This document shows positions 47,093 through 64,000 of a DNA stretch of 64,000 nucleotides, piece after piece. The DNA is from Hormiphora californensis (lineage: Eukaryota; Animalia; Ctenophora). Where the stretch lies: positions 8,308,001-8,372,000 of the forward strand of contig CM035354.1 of assembly GCA_020137815.1 (NCBI GenBank), in the 5' to 3' direction. The notes beneath the pieces are model-generated. The model ran no database searches. It had not been told where the DNA came from and saw only the letters and a list, made by a program, of their open reading frames with translations. The position numbers were made by a program, and so were the translations under genes. Positions within the stretch are counted from its first letter, which is position 1. Every line of letters begins with the position of its first letter.

Positions 47093-50000
47093 TAGTGAAA
47101 GTAACAGGGAGGTAGAGTAAGGGAATGAGATGGTAACCAGTTAGAAAAAGAGAATACAAAGCTTACTCGGGTCAGTCAATTAACTACAGTGTGTATAGTT
47201 GTGTGTGTGGGTAAAAGTGTGATAGATATATTAATAGCCATTCTACTGAACCCGCTTGTCGGAAGAAACCACATTCTCTTTTTCTCTCTTTTTTCCTCTT
47301 TCTCTCCCTTTGTCTCTCTCGTTCACTTTTTTCTTCTTTCTCTCCTTTTGTGTAGCAATTAAAAAAATTGCCGTCGGTAAAATATGGTTGGTAGCTGTGG
47401 GCAGCGGTATAATACTACCAGATAAGGATTTTATTTCAATTCGGGGGCATCTGAACCAGCTGGTGGTTATGGTGTTTAGAGGAGAGAGGGATAAAAGGGG
47501 GGGAAAAGAAGAAAAGGGAAAAAAAGAAAAAAAAAATAATAAGGAGACAAGGGGGGAAAAAAGAGGGAGAGAGAGGAAGAAGGATTATAAGCCTGAAAAA
47601 AAAGAAGAGAAATAAGAGAAAAAGTAAATAATAGAGAAATAACAGAGAAAAGTACATAATCATGATAATATAAGAGGAGCACTGCACCTACCAATTTGTT
47701 GCAGTGTTGGCACACGGTTGGAAGGCGATATGAGTGAACTACCCAGTGATGAGGTACAGCCATGTTAACTCCACTACTAGTCGCCGACACAGCATTGTCC
47801 AAGGGTTGCTGGAGGAGGAGGAGAGTGTTAACAAACAATCATAATATTCAATTCTAATTTCTCTGAGGACAAAGTTTAAACGTGTGTGCAGTGGTGAGAT
47901 GCCACGCAGAGTTGTTCGTCAGAACGATTAGGGAGAAGTATGAAAATGGAAAGATGGAGTGAGGGGGAGAGAAAAGAGAGAAATAAGAGGGACACAGAGA
48001 GACATGGTATAATATATGTACAATATGTGGTCTAATGAACATTCTAACCATCGTTGTTGCACTTGACCCTGATTTGAGTAAAGTGTTTAGAAAAATTGGA
48101 CCACTATTTAAATATAAAAAAGGAGAGAGAATGTACCAGTGAGATTGGTATGCTTTTCACCCAAGATCGTGCTCCTGGCCAAATCAATCCGCGGTGAACC
48201 ATCTACAAGAATCCACAGCAGCCCCCTTTTCAGACCCCACTTTACTATAGCGTTTCAAACTCTTTCACTCCTCCAAATTAGTTTAATGGTCTCTCACTCT
48301 CTAGGTGTCTATATCTCTCGACAAGCAAAAGGAGGAACCCACAGCGTCATAGGGAAGGTAAGCACATTCACACCACACAGGGAGATACTAGCATGGGAGT
48401 GATTTTCTGGGAACGCGTGTTTTGTACTGGCATATCTAAAAGAGAGAAAAAGGGAGAGAAAAAGGGAGAGAGGAGAGGAGGAAGAGATGAAGAGAGAGGA
48501 GAGAGAGAGGAGAGGGGAAAAAGGGGAGAGAGAGAGAGAGGAGGGGGGGGGGGGGAGAGGGGGGGAAAAGGAGAAAATTGGAAAGGAAGAGAGAGGTGGG
48601 GGGGAAAAAATGGGGGGTTTTTTTCCAAGGTTTTGGAATAATGCAGCAAAAACAAGCTACATTCAAAAACCCTGTTCATACTTACAAAATTTTTTTCCCT
48701 CATATTTCGAATATACATGAAGTGATTTTACCCGGGGATGGATCAATAGAACCATATCCGATAGCCAATTTACCGGTCACATTTTTCAATAAGTAAAAAA
48801 AAACTGCCCTGAAAGTTTCTCTCTCTCTTTTCTCTCTCCTCTTTTTCCTCTCTCTCTCTCTCTTTTCTCCCCTTTCCCCTTCCTTTTCTCTCTCCTCCTC
48901 TCCTCTCCTCTCCTCTCTCCCTCTTCCCCTTCTCTCTCTCCCCTTTCTTCTCTCTCTCTCTCTCTCCCTCTTTCTTCTCTCTTTTTTTTTCCCCCTTTTT
49001 TTTTTTTTAACTGGAACGAGACTGTCTGTGCTGGAGAAGTTGTCACTGCCCCCTCCCGTTTCGTGGTCCTCTTTAGGAGTGCACTCTCTCAGTAGGAACA
49101 CGCAACGCTTGTGGAAGTTCCGGTTACAACCTGGACAGGGATAATGTAAGGATAGAATTATATAATAAAGAGAAGAGGATAAAAGGGATAATAGAAAAGG
49201 GAAAAACTATAGAAGGGAATTTAAAGAAAATTTGAAGAGAGGGGTATTTAATTTGATAGGTTCGATTGAGAGTATTTTTAGAGGGCCCATGATTATTAAA
49301 AATATACTGCGTGTTTTTTGCAAATCAAGGCTTGTAGCTACACAACAAGGACAGAGAATGAACGGACGAACGGACAAATTTACAGTGGCAAGCAGCTACA
49401 AGCCTCCCCTTTCCTGTTTTTTCTATCTTCCCTTTTTCTTCCTTTCCCTTCTTTCTATCTTTCCCTTTTTTTTCTGCGTTTGCAGTGAAAAAGTTTTTAA
49501 TTCAATAAAAGAGAGAGGGATGTGAGGAAAAAACAAATAGCCCCCTGGACCAGTTGCAATATATAATTATAAAATATTATTGGAGGATTAAAAGATGAAA
49601 AAACAATCAAGCTCTCGGATCCCCGTGAGCGGGCAGACAATACTCTCTTTTTCCCTCTCTCCCTGGAGACAAGCGTCTATATACCCAGTAAACCCTTCCA
49701 TTTCCAAAACCTCATCTGGAGAGACGGGTAAAACTCTAAATCAATATCTATAAAATTTTATCTTTTTTCCCTGAACCCTTGGGAGTAAAAATGCCCCAAA
49801 AGTTTTCTTATTCTAAAACTCTTCCAAATTTGTCACGGGGGTTAGAATGTTCTTATAGTATGTAGATTCCTATTTCCCGATCTGACAAATCACATACTAG
49901 ACTACATTGGCATGTAGACCCCCTTGTGAAGACCCCAATTTTTTCCCCAAATTTGATGTATAAACTCCCTTTTTTTATTGTTTAAATACCCCTATGGGCG

Positions 50001-51249
50001 TTATTGACTTCCCCAACAACCAAAAAACCCTTTCCCCCCCAAGTAAAAAAGGGTTTTAACAACACAATTTTTTTTTACCAAAGGGGCCCAAACCCAACCC
50101 TCGCACTCCCCTTTTCCCCAAAAAGGGGGAAAAAGGGAGGATTTGATGCCCTTTGGGGGGAACCCCTCTTTATTAAACCCCCAATTTCAAAGAGGTTTTT
50201 TTTAAAAATTTTTTTAATTTAAAAATTTAAAAGTTTAAAAATTTAAGGGGGTTTAAGTTTAATATTTAAAAAAAGGTGGTTTTAACCCAAAATTTTTTTT
50301 TAAATTGGGGGGTTTTCTTTTTTTGGGTTTGGTGTTCCCCGGGGTTTTTTTGGGGGGGGCCCCTTTTTTTTTGGGTAATGTTCTTTGGGAAAAAAAAAAT
50401 TTTTTTTTGGGGAATTTTTTTTAAGAAAAAAAGGGTTTTGGGGAAAGAATTAGGGAACCCCTTTTTTCAATTTTTTTTGGAAAAATCCATTTTTAACTAA
50501 AATTGGGGGAAAAAAAATTTTGGGAAAATTTTTTTTAAGCATTTGGACTAAAAAATTAGGTCCTTTAAAAATGCGTATTAAGAAAAGGAAAGTGGGATGG
50601 AGGCTAATGGAAAAAAAACGGTTTTTTAAATAAAAAAAAAAGGGGTTTGGGGAAGAATTAAAAAAAAAAGGGAATTTTTCCCCTTGAAAAAAAACCCAAA
50701 AAAAAAAATGGGGATAAAATTTGGGGGAATGAAGGGGTTTGGGTCCCCCTTTTATTTTTGGACAAACCCTTTAAAGGGAAAACCCCCCCCCCAAAAAAAA
50801 AAAAAAATGGAAAAAAAAGGGAAAAAAGGGAATTTTAAAAAAAAAGGTTTAAAAGGGTTTTTTAAAAAAAAAACCCCAAAAGGGGCCCCCCTTTTTGGAA
50901 AATTTCCCCGTTTTTTTCCCCAAAAACCCCCCCCCTTTTTTTTTTTTTCCTTAAAAATTTAAAAGAGTTTGAATTAAAATCTGGGTATCGGTTAAACAAG
51001 GCCTGTTTTCGGACCTTCAGTACTGAATGGGTTCCTCCTTTCTTTTTTGTAGATCGTGGCGGGTGTATCTAAAGGAGTGAGTGTGAGAGGGGTGTGTGAT
51101 TCAATGATGGTCCTCATTGTGTCAGTGGAAAGCAAAATGTTTTGTGTTTTGGCAATTTCGATTATGAGAGAATAAAGAGGTTTGTGGGGATGAATTAGGG
51201 AACCCTTATCATGACGATATTCATATTTCATTTGGAAAGAGATAACCAT
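42281..51249 (-). CDS. PRKD: Protein kinase D: putative N-terminal ULD exon, C1a, C1b, PH and kinase domains; multi-exon, ends approximate
   Basis: [10 protein letters not shown]; [18 protein letters not shown]; [12 protein letters not shown]; [18 protein letters not shown]; [10 protein letters not shown]; [11 protein letters not shown]; [18 protein letters not shown]; [12 protein letters not shown]. Confidence 0.93.
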
Positions 51250-53580
51250 GTTAGCGAACTAAATTAGAGAGGTTTGATAAAAGTATGCTATTGGGAGACA
51301 TTGAGTAAGATCAGTAGAACTCATGTTGGTATACGTGACAGCTATCAATTAGAGTGCACAATAGTAGTACAAGTAAGCCTAGTAATCAAGAACAGAGAGA
51401 AAGTAGAGATAGGGAGATGACTAAATGGATAAGGAGAACGGTATGATATGGATAGGTAGATAAATAAAGAAAAGGAGAGATTTAGAAGATGAGAATGAAT
51501 AACAAAAAACGACAGAAAAAGGTTGAACTGTTTGTCCCGAGTTGTTCTAAGACACAGTGCTACACAAAGTAGGGAGATGTACCTTCAACTAAAGTATCAG
51601 TAGATAGTTGGGAGGAGAATTCTCTGTCTACCAGGACCCCTCGAGGTGCCCTATAATCCTGGTTGTGAACTGAGCTCACCCTGGCACCCACAAAGGCTAC
51701 AATACACGACATATCCGACACAAGTTGAACAACAAGTAATGAGAAATGATGGGCCGCGTGTTATCATGTTATATTTATGTGGGGGAGGAGTTAAAATGTT
51801 TTAGGACACGCCCCCTCCCCCTTGTTGAAAAGTGCTTACGCTACATCGTGACTTGTTCGTGCATTATGCATGTGAAGCATTACACATGAGCCAGTTCACT
51901 TTCTCTCTCCCCCCCTCTCTCTCTTTCTCTCTCCTCTACATCTCCTTCAAGAGATGATGTAACTTGTTACGTTTGTAAACAAACCGATACAGTTTCTTCT
52001 CTAGAAATTAAAATACTACCTAGATGCGTGACACATGGAAAGTGAGTGTGTAGTAATTTGTAATTAGCAATTAGCGGTGTAATTAGTGACCACTATCCAC
52101 TTATCCACTTGATGCATGGACGAGTGACCAGGGATTAAATATGCTTTGAGGGGTAAAGTAGGTGCATTTAGATCATAATATGTAGATTGTAGAAATTAAA
52201 TATGTACTGCCCGTTTTTAAGGGCATATAGTGCGCAGCTACGAAAAGATATATTATGTTCTACTATACAATATGTTAGATGAGTTGATTCTACCATAAAT
52301 TGAGGGAGGAGGGTGAAACTTGGTACATGGTGGGAGCTGTACCACTTACATGGTTTTACATAACTACACATAACATCTCTACATTGTCTCACATGAATCA
52401 CGCACAATGCTGTTCATTCAACAACAAAGAGATACCCCATCCCCTCTCGCTAAATACCCAGTACATTATATGTATAATAGTGGACCCATTTTAGTTTGGT
52501 ATATCACAGCTGATAGGGATTTGAGACAGCTGTTTTGGAGAGTTATACAGGAAGCTGCAGTCACTCAAATGATTGAGAACACCAGCTGGTACTGGTACCA
52601 GTACCTGTGGCAGGAGGGTGGGACTCCTCAACATCACTACTGCTGCCCATGATGGTAGACTCACTATTTTCATCCACCATCACAGCATCATCACCATTGT
52701 AGGCCTTCTCAAAGTGAACGTTACTCTGGTAACAATTCTCATCTCCTCCTCCTCCTCCAGCTCCTGACATTCCTTGTTTTTGGAGAGTGCTGCATGCGAT
52801 ACATAGAGATAGAGAGAGAGAGGGGATTAGAAGAGAGCGAGAGAGAGGAAAGAGAGAAGGAGAGAAGAGAGAGGAGATAGGAAGGAGTAAAAGCTGAGGA
52901 GAGAAGGAGCGGAGAATTTGGGGGACAAAAGAGAGGGGAAAAAAAAGGTCCGAAAAGGGGGGTTTTGGGGGGGCGGTTTTTTAACCCCCCAGCAAATGGA
53001 AATTTGGGGCCTTTGGGTGTGGTCGGGGGTAGAAGATCCCTTGGGGTTTTAGGGCTGTATTGGTTCTCCCCCCCCCTCCCAAATTATCTCTTATACCCAC
53101 CCCGTCAGCTTTCCCTTTTTCTTAGTTTTCCCTCTAATATGAAATATTTAAGGGGGGTTTCCCCCCCCCCCTTTTCTTCATCTTAATTTTCCCCTTTTTT
53201 CCCTTTGGCATTGGAGGGTTTTAAGGCTCGGACCCCCCTTCTTCCTCTGTAACCTAACATCACTCCTTTCCCGTGGATTAATTAAAACCCAAATAAAACT
53301 TCTTTTAAAAAAAGAAAGAAACAATTTAAACAACAGGGCCCAAAACAAAAGACTTACACCGGGGGGAAACCTCAAAATTGTAAATCCACAATGAAGTCAT
53401 TTCATGGATTATGACGTATACGGCTTTCGATACGAATACTTATGAACCTATACCCTATTACTCTGAGAGGGGGGAAAGTATAGTTTCATCCTCCATTCAC
53501 AATCACATACAAATTTCCCCTTTTCAAAAACCTTTCTCTCCCAATTTTCCCCCGGTAAATTATAGTTCAAACATGAACCG

Positions 53581-53680
53581 NNNNNNNNNNNNNNNNNNNN
53601 NNNNNNNNNNNNNNNNNNNNNNNNNNNNNNNNNNNNNNNNNNNNNNNNNNNNNNNNNNNNNNNNNNNNNNNNNNNNNNNN
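53581..53680. other. Assembly gap (100 N) with low-quality flanks
   Basis: N run; homopolymer-stutter sequence at about 52850-54600. Confidence 1.
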
Positions 53681-54597
53681 CCTGGGGGTGTTTTTGATAC
53701 ACCCCGAAATCTCAAATTCGCCCCTCCTTTGGGGGAGAGGAAATATGGAAGCAAAAAATGAATTTTTTAGTTTTCCCGTTTGTATTTGATTAAAATTGTC
53801 AAAAAATTTACTAGGCCTGGCTGTATCTCAAAAGCGGGGGGCCGGGTAGGCTAAGAAAAAATTAGATTTTTTTTTTGTCCCCGTTTTACAGATACAAATT
53901 ATATAACATACCCCTTTTTGAGGGAATCTCCCCTTTTTGCCTGGTAACTCCCTGCCTCACTCCTCTCTCATCAGGTTTTATTCCTACTGGGCAGACGTTG
54001 TAGTTTGCTTGTATGTGGGTCGCCCATTTCTCAAAAAACCGAAACAAATTTGGAGCAAATTATTTGATCTGATGACCCAGACCTGGAGCCAATAAATTAA
54101 TCAATTTTGAAAAAGAACAAGGCTCAAACAAATTTCAAATTATTTAATTTTATTTGCCCCGAACATCCTCCCTAACATTGATCATCCGGGACCCAGTTTC
54201 GTGCTTCCCTTTAAAAGGGGGAAGCGGCGAAACCCCCCTTCCCAAAATCCCCCCAAAAAACTGGAGAGGGCGTCCTCTCCATAGTACATGTCCGTGTAAA
54301 CCCTTAAAGAGGGGAGGGGGGTTCAGATGTAATGGCAATATTTCCCGCCACTGCAACACACACACATGCACCCACTTCATCCCCCTCACGTCCCCTCTTT
54401 AGACGATCGCATGCCCTCTTTCAGCCGATCAGCGTGTTCACACCCCTTTAGACATCAAGTTTTCCCCCAAAACCCCCAATTTTAAAGATAGCAGTGTCCA
54501 TCTCTTCAAACGCTCCCCCCGGGCCCTGTTTTTCCACAATTTTCCAAAACCCCCAGCGATCAGCAGTGCCCCCCCCCAACTTCCCCCTTTTAGAGAC

Positions 54598-54748
54598 GCA
54601 GTGCTCACACTCTCTTCAGACGATCAGCAGTGCTCACACTCTCTTCAGACGATCAGCAGTGCTCACACTCTCTTCAGACGATCAGCAGTGCTCACACTCT
54701 CTTCAGACGATCAGCAGTGCTCACACTCTCTTCAGACGATCAGCAGTG
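54598..54748. repeat. 29-bp minisatellite CAGTGCTCACACTCTCTTCAGACGATCAG x5, plus degraded copies to the left
   Basis: Perfect tandem copies. Confidence 0.95.
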
Positions 54749-54878
54749 ATTGTACCTGCTATCCTCTTCTGCTCCTCCGTGTGTTATAGATTCATCAAGT
54801 CCTGAGAGGGCTGTTAAACCACATAGAAACGCAAATTTATTTAGAAAGACATAATAAGCTCTAGGACGACCGCCCGAC

Positions 54879-55289
54879 CTTGAATGCTTTGTTCAACTCT
54901 TCCTCAATAGCACGCAGCTGGATAGGAGGTAGGTATCCCTCAATATACGGGTAGTAGATGTTGCTCCATGGAGATCGGAAACTCTCGCCATCTCTGCAGG
55001 GGAAATAAAAACTTGAGATTTGAGAGGATTTGTTTTCAAAGTCCAAGTGAATATCAAATGTTAAACGTTAAAAGTGTTCAGACCTATTGTAATCGCAGAC
55101 GATGAAATCCTTCTGTTTCATGTCATCTCTCCGAACACTCAGTGGTTGGTCAACCGCCGACAGAAGTTCCTCCGTTAGCTTTGGACACAAGTCCACTAGA
55201 TCTCCAAGATGCTTGGACAGATTATGGGTGGGCATACGCCTCATTAGGTCGAGGGCGTTTTCCAATTTTTGCTCATTGTCGTGTGACAT
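54879..55289 (-). CDS. CAPZB: F-actin capping protein beta-like, N-terminal two exons only (55084-55289, 54879-54993)
   Basis: ALDLMRRMP; DLVDLCP; LTEELLSAVDQPL; CDYNR/DGESFRSPWSNIYYP; LRAIEEELNKAF. Confidence 0.82.
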
Positions 55290-55479
55290 GGCTATACGGG
55301 TGTCGATTTAAGGTTGGTGTTTAAAGATTAATTGACTGTAGATAAAAAGCTTACTGCTTTTTTAGGTACCAGACCAGCCGCCAGGTTACTGGTTAAAATT
55401 TAAATTAAAACGACGACAATTTTTTAAAACCTTGGCATCCGAGCTTGATGAGTGAAAACTGAAAATAATAAAGTATTAA

Positions 55480-55530
55480 CGCGCGCGCTTGTCAGAGTGT
55501 TGAGCGCGGAATATATTTGCGCAGGCGCAA
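55480..55530. promoter_or_regulatory. CpG-rich promoter element upstream of CAPZB-like, including an NRF1-like site
   Basis: CGCGCGCG at 55480; TGCGCAGGCGCA 55518-55529. Confidence 0.5.
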
Positions 55531-55679
55531 AATTAATTGAAGGTACCAATTACGCAAAATTACGACCATTTATCTGACAGCAATAAACAATTAAAATAAT
55601 TATACTGCAAGACATTTAGACACACACCAAAACAATGATCAGAATTGTTGATCTATAAAAATATCCCAGTTCAGAATCT

Positions 55680-58382
55680 TCATTCTCCAGACCCTGAACC
55701 ATCATCATCATCATCATCTTCACTATTCGTGATGTCACTCTCTGTCATGCTGTCGCTCTCTTCACTCTCACTGATATTCTCCCACTGCTTCATACCCTTC
55801 GTCTTCATCTCCTTCTCCACAAACATCTTCAGCAGGACCTCCTTCTCACAGGCAATGTAACAATCACTCTTCAATATTACATTATACTTGTGATGTCCTA
55901 TTGTGTCGGGTGCTTGGAACTTCAGTATCACCTCCAGCTCATCCTTGAGGCCAGCTACATATTTGGGTTGTGTTATCACCTCTCCAGTCTTCCTATCTGC
56001 GATGAACACCCACCACCCCTCCTCCTTGTCGACAGGGAAGTAGGGACAATGCACAGGGTGTGATTCAGCTTGTTCTGTGCTCAGTGTCTTCTTGTTTCCA
56101 GTCTCCTCCTGAAGTGCCCTCCACTCCTTCTCCTCATCATATTGTCCCTCCCCATCTGACTGATCACTGCCAGCATCACTCTGGTCCTGGTCCTCTTCTT
56201 CCTCATTATCACTGGGAGGGGCTTCCTCCTCACCTTGATCTTCCTCTGGCTCTTCCTCATCATCTCCATCCTCCCCCTCATCTTTCTGATCGAACTCTGG
56301 GGGAGAGATTATGATTTATGATTTGATGTGTCATCAATCATTTAGGAAAACATATTACATATAGGGAGTTTTAGAAAATTAAAATGAGTTTCTGCTAACC
56401 TTGTTCATTCTCTTTGTTGTCTTCACTCTTCGTTTTCTTCTTTGGTACTGGCTTCTTCTTCTTAGCAATAGTTTTCTGCTTCTTGGGTTGTTTCTGCCAC
56501 GTCTTCTTCTTTGCCTGTTCCTTCTCCTCCTCCTGCTCCTGGTATCACGGAAACAACAAGATAATAATAGAGATGAACAAAATGAAGAGATAGAGAAAGA
56601 GACGGATAACAAACCTTGGTTGCAGCAGGGGCCTCCTGTTCCACCTCTACTTCATCTACAACATCTCTCAGATACTTCCTTTCCAAATAACACGTTACTG
56701 TCACTATCGAGGAGGCTGATATTGTCATCGTGTTCTCATCATCCAACACCTGAAAATGAGGAGAGAGTGGGTGAAGTTATGTTAACCCTAATGAACCTAC
56801 AACACATCCCTCCGATCCTAACATACCTGACTCTTGACCTGCATGTCAATGTATGGCATGCTCCACAACACTCTCATCATATTATCATACTCTTCCTCAC
56901 TCAACATCCGTAACCTGTTGAGGAGTGGGGAGATGGGGTTAGTGTTGGGAAGGAGGGAGGGGGTTACCGGTATTAGTAACCTGGGCAGTGGGGAGGGGGT
57001 TAGTTTTGGGCAGTGGGGAGGGAGTTACTGATCTATAACTTTCAAAGGATGGGGGTTACTGATTAGTAACATGTGGATGGTGTTTCAATATCTATTGTCA
57101 ACTGGAAAGGGGGATCAGTTGTGTACCTGCTTTTTCGTTCCTTCTCCGTTAGTTGAGCGAATGCCAGCAGCGTCTTAACATTGTTCCTCTTTGTCATGAA
57201 GTACTTGAGCATGTCTTCAGTAAAGTGAGGTAGTTGAAAGAGGGGGTGTTGGTTGGACCACATAGCCTGAACTGCCATAACATTAATCCTCATCAGATTC
57301 TCAAAGGTCTGCAGGTTAGGTGTCGCCACGTTCTTCTGCCGTTTTGAAATGATAATTAGTTGGAAACATACGTTAATTGCCTCGTTAATTAGGGCTGGCA
57401 TCTTCTTAGCTATCACCCCAATATCCAGCCAATTATCCTCGTTCAGTGAGGGTGAGCGGTTGCAGTAAGAATGAAGAAGGGTCCGGGCCTTGATCGAATA
57501 TAGATACCTGAAGGGATATACCGGGGTCTTCTCAGCTAGCTGCTTGCACTCCTTCATCAGCAGAGGGAGCTGGAAGTTGTCTGATTTCCTCGCCTTGATC
57601 TCCTTGTTGTTACTCTCCTCAAACTCAAAGGCAGAACATACCACCATTATCAACTTTTGACATTGTGAAGACTGTTCCGTGCTAGAATACCAAATAGCAT
57701 CTGGGTGGTTCTCAGTAGAATGTCATCAGCAGAGTATTTTATACTCTTGTACCACCAGATCCCACTACTACCGGGAGGAGGATCATGAATATAGCCACAT
57801 AGACACCCAATACAAACACACTGTTATCTTTATCAACTATCCAGGAGGGTAGAGCAATACCAAACTGAGTGGCCTGTGGTCCATCTGGGTTCCCGTGATC
57901 TATCCAGTTTTGTCGAGTTACTTCATCAGTTAATGCCTGGTAAGCCTTGTTGATATTAACAAATATCTGTTCATCTCCTCCCTTATCGGGATGGTGGACG
58001 AGTGATAGCTTCTTGTATGCCTTCTTATTTCCTTCTGTGTGGCCTCTGGATCAATACCCAGTATCACAAACGGGTTATACTCAACATGTGTGTTTTCAGT
58101 GGTGGCTGCTTTGTACGCGAAGAACACAATAAGAGTCCATCCAACAGCCAAGACGAGGAATTTAATTACTTTAACTGGGGTATTCTTTCGTTTCTCTCTC
58201 AACACGTGAGATTTGTGAAGGCAGAGGCGACAGGTGCAAGGAACTGTACGCCGCTTAGAGCGGGGGTCAGATTTGAAGGGCCAGATCAGATAGGTGAGAG
58301 GGAGGAAGACAATGAGAAAGAATGCCAGCATGAAGTAATAAAATGTGGAACCAGTCTCGTCATACTCGAACTGCATCGCCAT
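55680..58382 (-). CDS. SEC63: Translocation protein SEC63; three apparent single-base frameshifts in homopolymers
   Basis: MQFEYDETGSTFYYF; J-domain HHPDKGGD; GNPDGPQATQFGIALPSWIV; HCPYFPVDKEEGWW; LKFQAP; KSDCY; acidic tail. Confidence 0.95.
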
Positions 58383-58999
58383 AGTGGATCCTATAGAGGG
58401 AGAGGGGGAGTTTAGATTAGGGTAGGGAGAGAGTGAAACACAGGGATTAGAAAATACAAATATCAGCTAAAAGTAAGGATCGGTGGGGTAAAAAGGGCTC
58501 AAAAGATGGTCAGAAATGAGGTCAGAACTCAGCTCCCCCATGTAACAGCGGAAAGTGCGCGCGCGGCAATCGCTGACGTACGGACCAAGGTGACTCGACA
58601 CAAGAGAGACCCGGCGCCCTACATACAGCAACACGTGGTGTGAAAACTGTGACCAACCCAAATGTAGGTACCCTCAAATGTCAAATAAATTAGTATAAAA
58701 AACACATCAGGGGGGGGGTTGGGGGCACACATACCCTTTCTCTCAGGTATCTCTTTCTCTCACCTGAAATTCTCCCCGGCTACTCCTCAGAGAAGAATAT
58801 TCATCCGTACTTAACCAGGTCTCACCGGAACACCGCCCCCCCAGACATCACTACATGGGTTAAAAAACAATATTGCGAATAATTCCCCACAACCCGAAAA
58901 CCAGACTCAACATAATATCTTCCACACCACACCTCATCACCCCCCACTAGATAGTAACCTATAAACCCCTCCAAACACACGAACACCCCCCCACCCCAC

Positions 59000-63735
<4,736 letters not shown>

Positions 63736-64000
63736 GTAAGTAAAGATATTATATCCCAGCTGATTAGCTGCAGTGATCCTGCAGTGATCCTGCCTTGTGA
63801 TACTGGGTTCTCATCTTGGTTTTTCTGATAGTGTGTTCATGATCCCGCCCTAGAAAAGTTACTGTTCAGATAGGCTAATGAGATCTGTGCAAGATTTAAA
63901 TAGGAAGTTTGATACTTTATCCCCAAGTACTGTGTGTGTGTGTTTTGTTACCTGATCTCACTCACACTGTACTCTCAAACAGCGTCAATGTGTCGCTGTA

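Noticed and set aside
49950-50980. Unusual run-rich sequence and its ORFs (also 32400-32800, 52850-54600)
   Set aside because: Homopolymer stutter from poor-quality reads; not interpretable as biology
57655-58027. Three frameshifts in SEC63 (near 58026, 57762, 57656) as a pseudogene or programmed frameshifting
   Set aside because: Each is one missing base in a short homopolymer and the protein is otherwise conserved and stop-free, which is typical of pyrosequencing error

Overview
Eukaryotic, intron-containing, microsatellite-rich animal genomic DNA. It is most likely a ctenophore (Pleurobrachia-like). That is an inference from a 108-bp MITE I recall as abundant in that genome and from the draft-quality reads. 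Genes reconstructed by hand from splice sites, in order: 5' part of a TRPM channel (-) with several candidate alternative first exons; intronless Pim-like kinase (+); secreted serpin (-); intronless Pim-like pseudokinase (-); PATL1 (-); degenerate NUDT14-like Nudix protein (-); C2H2 ZNF (-); stand-alone Schlafen/AlbA_2 protein (-); R-Ras-type GTPase (+), whose apparent long intron holds a tandemly amplified ZNF gene and antisense micro-exons; protein kinase D (-); N-terminal half of a CAPZB-like gene (-); SEC63 (-); 3' part of a tyrosine kinase (+). Several MITE families with TSDs are present. Highlights: the TRPM N-terminal exon array, a possible Schlafen-ZNF operon with trans-splice-type acceptors, a ZNF cassette array varying at DNA-contact residues, a kinase/serpin/pseudokinase module sharing a 21-bp motif, and recurrent tandem duplications centred on splice junctions. 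Several stretches are low-quality sequence, so frameshifts and missing exons there are probably artefacts.
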